Sequence record: SRR31156797_986
Reading direction: 5' to 3' (one strand)
Length of the DNA: 64,000 bases
Part shown: piece after piece, positions 39,613 through 48,451 of the stretch
How the letters are laid out: each line of letters starts with the position of its first letter
Position numbering within the stretch: position 1 is the first letter of the stretch
The notes under the pieces: generated by a model
Database searches by the model: none
What the model saw: only the letters and a program-made list of their open reading frames with translations
Told to the model about the DNA's origin: nothing
Position numbers and translations under genes: made by a program

Positions 39613-39647
39613 AAAAGCCTTCATCTAACGATGAGGGCTTTTTTTTT
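39613..39647 (+). terminator. Intrinsic terminator
   Basis: AAAAGCCTTCATC-taac-GATGAGGGCTTTT hairpin plus T-run. Confidence 0.85.
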
Positions 39648-39919
39648 GGATTCCCGGATGAATTTAAGCATACCTCTCACAATCATTTTTGATGTTTCAG
39701 GCCATTTGGTCGAAATACCGTAGCCCTTGTTATTCCTGCCTTTATAAAGTCATCAGATTGAAAATCAGTTAAAAGCTTGCATTACATCTATATTTTGTGT
39801 ATATTTAGGGCTTCTATATTTTAAAAACCAATTCTGTTGCCTATGAACCAAACAAACTAACCTCAATACATGGAATCCATCCTCTTGCAAAATATTTAGT
39901 AACTTAAAAACCCAAAAAA

Positions 39920-42900
39920 ATGAAAACATTTTACAAAATTTTGTTTGCAATGATTTTTCTATTTCCGGTAATCACTGCAGATGGTCAAAATCTAACCGGA
40001 TATCCTGATAAGAGCAGTCCTCAAACACTCCACAACAGCAAGTATCAGGTTGAAATATCGGTTACGGAAATACCGGATGAACTATCAAAATCGAAAGGCG
40101 CAAATACGCTATCCCGTGATGCAAAGGCCCGATATACCGGATGGGAAAATGACCCGGACAGCCTGGATGTGTATATTGATGATAACTGGACAGAAGAAGA
40201 GAAAGATTCGGTGAGGGCAGGTATAGCAAGGTGGAATGCTGCAGGGTGTGAGCCTGCTTTAAGGGAATCGTCCACATCCTCCGGAGCGGAAATCACCATT
40301 GCGAAATCATCAAGCTTACCGGATAACAATGCTGGAAGTTGCAGAACAATTTTTGATTCAAGTTCAGGAAAAAACATCAGTTGCGAGATTCAGGTCAACG
40401 ATGATACTTCTCCGCTGAGTATTAAAGAGGTTGTAGCCCACGAACTTGGACACGCGTTGGGATTAAAATACACAGACGCCGAGGCCGACGACAATGTGGG
40501 TGATGTAATGTTCGCAATAGCCCCTTTGGCTCATCAACTAAAAGATAAACCTGAAGATGGGGCAAAGAGATTAAATAGTGATCTTATCAAAGCACAAAAC
40601 GACAGTTATAGCAAAACGGATACAATTATTCGGGAGTTGGATCAATCGCGTGATCCATACGATTGGTACAAAGGATGGGTAGGAGATCCGGATTCTATCA
40701 CGGTTTACATCGATCCGAATTTTACTACTGCGCAAAAGGCAGAAATCCAAGCAGCAATCGATCGATGGAATAATGAGGGCTGTGTTCCTGCATTGAAAAC
40801 GGTGACCACATCGCCGGCCAACGTAAATATTACAAGAAATGATGCATTGGGTGGTGGTGGAAAATGTACCCTGTATGGTAATGCTGCTACCGGCGAAGTT
40901 TCAAGGGCTGAGATTGAGATTGACACGGATGGCGAGCCTGGATATGCAAATACAAGTGTTGGCGAACTTACTACGCACGAGTTGGGGCATGCGCTTGGAC
41001 TGGATCATACTAACAATGCCGCTGATGTTATGAAACCGGTTGGCTCCAATGGCAATAACGGAGCGTTATCGGCGGAAGATAAGCGCGAATTGCAGCGGGC
41101 AGGCACTCAGGCTGTGGCCTATGTTCCACCGGATAAAGCAGAAGCCCCGGCAAATGCGATGGCCCCGGGAGAATCGCAAATTGTCAGTTTCGAACTGGTT
41201 GATTATTATCCTCCTGAAATCCTGTCACAAACCTATGCCGAAGTTTACCCATTTTATGATCCACAATTATTTGTTGATTTTGCAGAAATTGATTTTACAA
41301 TTCTCAATGTAGCTGTAACTTCAGATATTACGCATCCAAATAGTACTATGTACCTCATGGTAGAGTTATTCCCTCCGGCACCATACGAACCGGTCAGTTT
41401 CTTGGGTTATCATTTCATACACACTGATCCGGTTGACCCGGTTGCGTTTGAGTGCCCGTTTGAAGTGATCCAGGAGGGTGAAAACGTTTACGTTGACTGG
41501 ACAGATATGTGTACCTATCCGTTTGAAAATAATTTGCGATCCAAATTGACAATTGATGGCGATATCAAATGCCTGGTCAAGGAACAGGAAAATTATAACA
41601 TCCAGCTATCGCCGGGCATGCATACACTTGAATTAACTGTTGATGACTTCCAGGTAAACAGTGCTTCTTATAACATGGAAGTTTTTGTCGAGTCTACCAC
41701 GCCCCCATGGGAAGACGGTTTTGAAATCTATCCACTGAATACCGATATTGTTGGACAAGGTGGATGGGAATTTTGGTTCGGAGGGGAATCGTCACCAAGT
41801 GCAAGGGTAACGGAGGAGCAGGTACACACAGGAGAGTTGGCACTGAAAATACTCGGCAAACCCGATATGACAGGCGATGATATTGTGCATCAGTTTTCGG
41901 AGTGTAATTCAGGAAAGTGGAATCTTAAGCTATGGCAATACATTTCGCCATTTGCCACCACAGGATCTACTTATATTACCCTGCTGAATGATTATGGTTA
42001 TACAATGGAAGAATGCAACTGGTCAACCCAACTGATGTTTAACGCAGCCGATGGCATCGTTGAAAGCCAGTTTGAAGGAGCCCAGCTACCTTTGGTAAAA
42101 GGAGAATGGGTCCCCCTTGAAATCCTCCTCGATTTTGATAACGACCTGCAAACCATAAACTACAATGGTGAAATGTTGACATCCAAGAGCTGGACCGAAG
42201 GCCTGGCGCCCGCGGGAAACATGGAGTTGGCTGCGCTCAACCTGTTTTCCGGAGATATGACTCAGGTGGTTTATTATGATGATATTTCGCTATTACCTGA
42301 AGATAATTTTGGGCTGGAAGATATGGATGCATTTCAAATCAGTTATGATTGGGGTGACTGGAGCGAAGAGAACAGCCGGGTTGGTTTGTTATCCTGTAAA
42401 TATACTCCACAAGAACAGGCAACCTATTTAAATGCATTCACCGTAAATAATAATGGTGAAATATATTGGGTTGGTCAAAATTATCTTCCATCTGCAGAAT
42501 TTTCTTCGGTTGTTCAAAAAACAACCATTTTATTTGATCTGGAACCACTTGGAATAAGCCCAGGTATTACTTTAGAAAGTTTGCCCTTATGGATTACTAT
42601 AAATTCAGAACCGGTGAATGACCTCGCATTATTTGATTTGCCTGATCCAGCCACCTGGCCGGAAATTATGGTGAGTACTCTGGTGGACAATACTTATAAT
42701 GGGTGGATACTCAACTCTAGTATTCCAGGCTATATCGTTGAGCCACCATTCTTTTTTGACCCGAACTGGTGGGATGGAATTTTTGACGAATTCGTTTACA
42801 GAGGGTGTAACGTTCCTGAGTTTGACCTGGATTACACAAATCACCCAGCTGTAGCTGGAGGGTATGCCGGTGATTCCAATGCTTGTGCCCCGGCAGCGGT

Positions 42901-45900
42901 ATCCAGTAGCCTCGAATGGCTCGAGGATGTTTATGAGGATTCTGTTCCAAATTGTAACAACAACCAAACGCACAGGGAAGTATTGGAAGATTTAAGTAAT
43001 CAAATGAACAGGCAGCCAAATCAACCACCTCCCACCTGGACTGATTATATTGGTGGAAAATTAAAATACACCCAAAAACATAAGCTTCCAATAAGGACTA
43101 AATTTCAGTTGGTTACAAATGATGAAATTGCCGCCGGAGCTGATATTCGACCGCCCGGATCGAATTATGAGGCGGATAACCAAACCGGTCCTACAGGAAT
43201 GCCCGATTGGAACTGGCTGGTTAATGAGATGAATAATGGTGAAGATGTTGAAATTAACGTAAATTTCTGGGATGGAACCAAATGGAATGGTGGGCATGTG
43301 GTTGTATGCACCGGACTTTATCAAACAGGAAATGGATCAAAAGGTATTTGGTTTAAGCACGACCGTGATCAGAAAGTAACTGATGCCGATTCAGTATTGC
43401 AGGAACCCTCGGAAATTTTGGAAGGTGGTGGGTGGCTTCGGATTCCTAAACTCAACGGACCGGCAGGTACTGCTTATGTTACAAATTTCCTTTCTGAAAG
43501 TTATGATAATACTGTTGATTATGAAAAGGCCTCCGGAACTTTAGAAGATTCGGATGGCAATCCTGTCGACCCGACAAAGTGTAAAATTAAAGCAAGGCTT
43601 TGGAATAATCCTGACGACAGCTTATCCTCCAGCAGTGGAACCATAAAGTATAAAATCATTGGTGGCAAAGGGTTCTGGGACATCGATTATGATGATTTTG
43701 AAACTCCGCCTCAACCGGGAGATCGGATAGTAGTTACGTTTTGGGATGGCGAAAAGTGGGTAACAAAAGTTTTCAGGGTCCCCGAAGATGGCGGGCCAAT
43801 TTATGAAGATGTTACAATTGAAGATCAGATGATAGTTCATCTTGATTTTACAGAGTGGATACAAATTACCATTCCTCCGCACAAAACCCTCAAAGTTCAT
43901 TGGGACAGCGTTACAGGATGCGGCAATGCCGACATCGTCCAGTGGAATGGTGAAGATTGGTATGTACCATCTTACGGTCATTGGAATTTCAATCCTACCT
44001 GCACAGTCAAGGAAATTTCCAACGACACGGATGCGCCACAGTATAAACGCTTCCATTGTGATGACCCCAATGGCTTTTATCTTGATTTTTCACTGGTTGA
44101 ATCCACCGGCGTTACCACAGGCAGTAATCAATCCGAATATGCAACTGTAAACCTGGGAGGCATGGATATGTCCAATGATGAATTCGGGGATATCATTGAA
44201 GTGCAATATGATTTCAACTACGAAACAAATGCACAACTTGGTGAGTTCCCCGGTACTATTGGAGAAGAAGGTGTGCAGGAGCTATCCGTAAATTTTGAAT
44301 CGTTTGACAATATTTACTGGGAAGATATGATGCTCACCATCGATGTGGCAGATGTTTGGCAGGAAGGATTTTTGGAAATCGAACTGGATGGGAATCCTGA
44401 CAAAGCCCTTGCCCCGATTATTCCCGGCGTACCAACCGTTACAGTAAATATCGGGGCTGTTTTACCTGCCGGAATTCACACCCTCACATTAACCGCCATT
44501 TCAAACGTGTTTTTTGATATTGATTGTTTCAATATCACAACAATGGTTCCTATACCAACGGAAAACTACGACTTGGGCGATTGCCCCGACGATCCGTATC
44601 CAACTCTGTTGGCGAATGATGGCGCACGGCATATGGTTGATAACCTGACCTACCTCGGTGCGTTGATAGATGCAGAAGCTGATGGGCAGCCAAATGCCAC
44701 GGCAACAGGTGACGATATTTCAAATCTCGCCGATGAGGATGGCATCACTTTCGGCCCCATCATGCCGGGAAGTCCTGCTCAAATTACCATCGATCCCAAA
44801 ATTAATCCTGATCCTGATCTAGTAGGATTCCTGCAGGGCTGGATTGACTTTAACAGGGATGGCGACTGGGATGATCCCGGTGAGCAGATTTTCAAGGATG
44901 AAGTGCTGCATTTTTCATCACCCGTATGTTTGCTCTATAATGTGCCTGCAAATGTTACGGCCGGTTCAGTTTATGCCCGGTTCAGGTTCAGTACGGTTCC
45001 AGGACTGAATTATTTCGGCCCCGCACCCGACGGTGAGGTTGAAGATTACCTCGTTGAAGTTGTCGAAGATCAGGGAATGAAATGGTTACAAGAGCCTTGC
45101 CCTGAACTTTCCGGACTGCATTGCCACGACTATGTTAGCGATGGTGAGTACAATTATACAACGATTGCCGACGACTGGCAATGCAACGGTGGCATGGTTA
45201 CAGATATTCACTGGTGGGGTAATTACGAAAACGTTGGGTCGGGGATAGATCACTTCCATTTGAGTATTCACGAAACCCAGCCCGATGGATGTTTGCCCAT
45301 GCAACAGGAAATCTGGGGTATGGATGTTCCGTTAGATATGGCCAACGAAACTTTGTGGAGTGGTCAAATCTTCAGTTACGAATATGTGCTGGATGTACCC
45401 TTCGAGCAGGTTGAAGGGAAAACATACTGGCTGGATATCACAGCCTATGCTAACGATCCACTTGTTCCGGCCATCTGGAGGTGGCAGGAGTCCGACAGAT
45501 CCACGGTTCCATATCATATTTTGTGCCCGGCTGTATCAAGGTCAGCTACTAACCCGCTATGGAACAGTATTATTTGGACCGATTTACAACCCGTCCGCTA
45601 TTCGCAAATGGCTTTTGCAATAACCTCGATAGCTGAAATTGATATTGATTTTGGTGATGCACCGGATGATCCATATCCAACTTTGTTGGCCAGTAATGGA
45701 GCCCGACATCTAATTGATGGCATTACCTATCTTGGTGATTTGATTGATGCTGAAGCCAATGGCCAGCCCAATATTTCTGCTACAGGTGATGATATTGCTA
45801 TTTCCGACGATGAGGATGGGGTTGTATTCCGCGGGCCTCTTGTTGCCGGATCACCAACAATACTTAAAGTAAAAGCATCAGTTGATGGTAAACTGAATGT

Positions 45901-48391
45901 GTGGCTGGATGTCAACAGGAATGGTTTCTGGGGTGACCCTAGTGACCATGTATTTGTTGATTACAACCTGGTAGCCGGCTGGAACTCGCTCATACTAAAT
46001 GTTCCGGCAAATACTAAAGTTGGTATTTCTTACATGCGTTTCCGGTTTAGTCAGGAGGGTGGTGAAACTTATTACGGGCCTTCTACCTATGGTGAGGTGG
46101 AAGATTATCTTGTGAAAGTCTATCCTGAAAACTGGGGATTTATCCCGACTCCGACAACCCACACTATTCTGGTACCACTGAATGTATTATTAACAAATAC
46201 TACGCTGGCTGCCAACGACGCCATTGGTGTTTGGTATGAGGATGATAACGGCAACATGGTTTGTGGTGGGGCAGAAATCTGGGATGGTGCAACGGACCGC
46301 ATTGTGCTGGCTTATGCCGATGATAATACCACCCCTGATAAGGATGGGTTTGATGACGGCGAAATTCTCACCTGGAAAATCTATCATACCGGATTGGCAG
46401 CCGATGAGGTTGTTTCGGTGTTGTATGATGCAACCTTCCCGCAAAGCGATGGAAAGTTTACCAGCTACGGGCTTTCTAAACTTACGGAAATAAATGGCCT
46501 TTCAGCAATTGCAATTGCTTCGCCAGCTGCAACATGTGCCGGCGATCCGGTACAGCTGGATGTGATTGTAACAGGTGGCTCAGGAAATTATACCTATAGC
46601 TGGAGTTCCAACCCAACCGGCTTTACCTCCAACCTAAAGAACCCGGTTGACAACCCAGTACAGGATATTGTTTACACAGTGGTAGTTGATGATGGTGTAA
46701 CTTCTGTTAATTCGTCAGTAGGTGTTTCTGTGCAGGCTGGTCCAACTGCAGATGCGGGCTCAGATGCCACCATTTGTGAAACGGAAACTTACCAATTGGA
46801 CGCCACTGCAACCAATTATGCCACTTTGCAATGGACAACCGATGGTGAGGGTGTATTCAACGATGCTACAGCCGAAGACCCTATTTATATTCCGGGAGCA
46901 AATGATATCGCCCATGGGAATGTGATTTTAACATTAACTGCTTTCCCAATCTTGCCATGTACAAATGTGGCTTCTTCATCAATGGAGTTAACTTTCACCT
47001 ACAACCCAATTGCAGATGCTGGTACTGATGGTTCAGTTTGTGCCGATGGCACTTATCAACTGGATGGTGAGGTTGGCAATTCCAATGTTTATTACTGGTC
47101 AACAGCCGGTGATGGAACCTTTGATGATTCCACACTGCTTGATGCCATGTACGCACCGGGCAGCGGCGATGCACAAGCCGGACAGGTAACGCTCACACTT
47201 ACTGCCAACGCCATTTCTCCATGCCAGATTGATGCAACTGCATCGATGACCCTGATCGTACTGGATACCCAAAAGGTGAGTTTGTTCACAGGTTGGAACG
47301 GGCTTTCCAGCTATCTTTCCCCCATCAACCAAAACAACAATTATCAGCTGTTCAGCTCTGTATTGGCTAATCTTGTTTTGGTTTACAATTTTGATGGAAC
47401 ATTCTGGCCCGACCAGGGAACCAACAGTTTAGTGTGGGATGAAGAATCTGGTTATGTAATCAAGCTCGAAACAGACGATGAAATGATATTCTGTGGTGAT
47501 GATCTGGCAAGTTTGGTAGTTAATTTAAATGAAAACTGGAATATTATCCCTGTGCTAAGTGATACGGATGTTGATGTGTCTTCAGTTTTTGATGCTTCCG
47601 TAGATGTAAAACTGGTGCTTGAAGTGGCCGGATGGAAACTTTTCTGGCCGGAGTACAACATCAATAGCATACTGAACCTCGAAACCGGGAAGTCCTATTT
47701 CGTATTCATGAACGCTGCCGGATCGATAGATTATGCCAATGCATCCAATAAATCAGGTGAAACCAGCAAACCTGTGCTGATCACAGAGACCCCATGGAAT
47801 GAAGTTAACCAATCCCCTGCCGGACATGTGGTTGCATTTACAGGCGCTGCCTGCGAAAAATTTGTTTCCGGAGACGTGATCGGTGCATTTACAAATGAAG
47901 GCTTGTGTGCCGGTATTTCACCGTTTGAAGCTGTTTCAACAGGCATTATCCTTAAAGGTGATGATCCGTACAACTGGCAGGCTGATGGTTTTGCCAATGA
48001 GGAAACTGTGGCTTATAAGCTTTACAGGCCAACTTCAGGTGAGCTTTTCGATATGCAAGTGAGTTACGATCCCGGTTTGGATCATTCAGGGCGTTATCAC
48101 GATTTTGGAATGTCGGCAGTAACCGGATTGAAGTTGCAACCAACAGGCATTTCAGATCATGCGTTATCCACAATCCGAATCTATCCAAATCCATCTCATG
48201 GTATTTTTAATATTGATGGTATTTCAGGCGAAACAGCAATTACGGTTTATGATGCCTATGGAAATATGATTCGTGAAATGATAACGAATGAAAAAGCGAG
48301 GATAAATCTGTCGGAACAAGCTGATGGCATTTACCTTGTGAAGGTCAAAACCTTAAATGGTACACATTATCAAAAAGTGGTTATCAACTGA
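39920..48391 (+). CDS. Giant (2823 aa) T9SS cargo: two matrixin-like metzincin domains, ConA-like domain, putative C39-like cysteine peptidase, two GEVED repeats, Ig-like repeats, shared modules and CTD
   Basis: Signal peptide; HELGHALGL twice; NACAPAA/GGHVVV/KHD; GEVEDY twice; ADAG.D..IC/VC repeats; C-terminal IYPNPSHG...GIYLVKV...KVVIN. Confidence 0.85.
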   Translation: MKTFYKILFAMIFLFPVITADGQNLTGYPDKSSPQTLHNSKYQVEISVTEIPDELSKSKGANTLSRDAKARYTGWENDPDSLDVYIDDNWTEEEKDSVRAGIARWNAAGCEPALRESSTSSGAEITIAKSSSLPDNNAGSCRTIFDSSSGKNISCEIQVNDDTSPLSIKEVVAHELGHALGLKYTDAEADDNVGDVMFAIAPLAHQLKDKPEDGAKRLNSDLIKAQNDSYSKTDTIIRELDQSRDPYDWYKGWVGDPDSITVYIDPNFTTAQKAEIQAAIDRWNNEGCVPALKTVTTSPANVNITRNDALGGGGKCTLYGNAATGEVSRAEIEIDTDGEPGYANTSVGELTTHELGHALGLDHTNNAADVMKPVGSNGNNGALSAEDKRELQRAGTQAVAYVPPDKAEAPANAMAPGESQIVSFELVDYYPPEILSQTYAEVYPFYDPQLFVDFAEIDFTILNVAVTSDITHPNSTMYLMVELFPPAPYEPVSFLGYHFIHTDPVDPVAFECPFEVIQEGENVYVDWTDMCTYPFENNLRSKLTIDGDIKCLVKEQENYNIQLSPGMHTLELTVDDFQVNSASYNMEVFVESTTPPWEDGFEIYPLNTDIVGQGGWEFWFGGESSPSARVTEEQVHTGELALKILGKPDMTGDDIVHQFSECNSGKWNLKLWQYISPFATTGSTYITLLNDYGYTMEECNWSTQLMFNAADGIVESQFEGAQLPLVKGEWVPLEILLDFDNDLQTINYNGEMLTSKSWTEGLAPAGNMELAALNLFSGDMTQVVYYDDISLLPEDNFGLEDMDAFQISYDWGDWSEENSRVGLLSCKYTPQEQATYLNAFTVNNNGEIYWVGQNYLPSAEFSSVVQKTTILFDLEPLGISPGITLESLPLWITINSEPVNDLALFDLPDPATWPEIMVSTLVDNTYNGWILNSSIPGYIVEPPFFFDPNWWDGIFDEFVYRGCNVPEFDLDYTNHPAVAGGYAGDSNACAPAAVSSSLEWLEDVYEDSVPNCNNNQTHREVLEDLSNQMNRQPNQPPPTWTDYIGGKLKYTQKHKLPIRTKFQLVTNDEIAAGADIRPPGSNYEADNQTGPTGMPDWNWLVNEMNNGEDVEINVNFWDGTKWNGGHVVVCTGLYQTGNGSKGIWFKHDRDQKVTDADSVLQEPSEILEGGGWLRIPKLNGPAGTAYVTNFLSESYDNTVDYEKASGTLEDSDGNPVDPTKCKIKARLWNNPDDSLSSSSGTIKYKIIGGKGFWDIDYDDFETPPQPGDRIVVTFWDGEKWVTKVFRVPEDGGPIYEDVTIEDQMIVHLDFTEWIQITIPPHKTLKVHWDSVTGCGNADIVQWNGEDWYVPSYGHWNFNPTCTVKEISNDTDAPQYKRFHCDDPNGFYLDFSLVESTGVTTGSNQSEYATVNLGGMDMSNDEFGDIIEVQYDFNYETNAQLGEFPGTIGEEGVQELSVNFESFDNIYWEDMMLTIDVADVWQEGFLEIELDGNPDKALAPIIPGVPTVTVNIGAVLPAGIHTLTLTAISNVFFDIDCFNITTMVPIPTENYDLGDCPDDPYPTLLANDGARHMVDNLTYLGALIDAEADGQPNATATGDDISNLADEDGITFGPIMPGSPAQITIDPKINPDPDLVGFLQGWIDFNRDGDWDDPGEQIFKDEVLHFSSPVCLLYNVPANVTAGSVYARFRFSTVPGLNYFGPAPDGEVEDYLVEVVEDQGMKWLQEPCPELSGLHCHDYVSDGEYNYTTIADDWQCNGGMVTDIHWWGNYENVGSGIDHFHLSIHETQPDGCLPMQQEIWGMDVPLDMANETLWSGQIFSYEYVLDVPFEQVEGKTYWLDITAYANDPLVPAIWRWQESDRSTVPYHILCPAVSRSATNPLWNSIIWTDLQPVRYSQMAFAITSIAEIDIDFGDAPDDPYPTLLASNGARHLIDGITYLGDLIDAEANGQPNISATGDDIAISDDEDGVVFRGPLVAGSPTILKVKASVDGKLNVWLDVNRNGFWGDPSDHVFVDYNLVAGWNSLILNVPANTKVGISYMRFRFSQEGGETYYGPSTYGEVEDYLVKVYPENWGFIPTPTTHTILVPLNVLLTNTTLAANDAIGVWYEDDNGNMVCGGAEIWDGATDRIVLAYADDNTTPDKDGFDDGEILTWKIYHTGLAADEVVSVLYDATFPQSDGKFTSYGLSKLTEINGLSAIAIASPAATCAGDPVQLDVIVTGGSGNYTYSWSSNPTGFTSNLKNPVDNPVQDIVYTVVVDDGVTSVNSSVGVSVQAGPTADAGSDATICETETYQLDATATNYATLQWTTDGEGVFNDATAEDPIYIPGANDIAHGNVILTLTAFPILPCTNVASSSMELTFTYNPIADAGTDGSVCADGTYQLDGEVGNSNVYYWSTAGDGTFDDSTLLDAMYAPGSGDAQAGQVTLTLTANAISPCQIDATASMTLIVLDTQKVSLFTGWNGLSSYLSPINQNNNYQLFSSVLANLVLVYNFDGTFWPDQGTNSLVWDEESGYVIKLETDDEMIFCGDDLASLVVNLNENWNIIPVLSDTDVDVSSVFDASVDVKLVLEVAGWKLFWPEYNINSILNLETGKSYFVFMNAAGSIDYANASNKSGETSKPVLITETPWNEVNQSPAGHVVAFTGAACEKFVSGDVIGAFTNEGLCAGISPFEAVSTGIILKGDDPYNWQADGFANEETVAYKLYRPTSGELFDMQVSYDPGLDHSGRYHDFGMSAVTGLKLQPTGISDHALSTIRIYPNPSHGIFNIDGISGETAITVYDAYGNMIREMITNEKARINLSEQADGIYLVKVKTLNGTHYQKVVIN

Positions 48392-48416
48392 TTTTACACT
48401 GCTTTCGACGGTTGAT

Positions 48417-48451
48417 AAGAATCCCGTTCCTGAAAAGGAGCGGGATTTTTT
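48417..48451 (+). terminator. Intrinsic terminator between the convergent giant gene and ald-like gene
   Basis: AATCCCGTTCCT-gaaa-AGGAGCGGGATT hairpin plus T-run. Confidence 0.8.

Noticed and set aside
44567-46120. GEVED duplication as a diversity-generating or recent recombination repeat
   Set aside because: The DNA copies are diverged throughout with no adenine-specific pattern evident; no reverse transcriptase or recombinase in the window.
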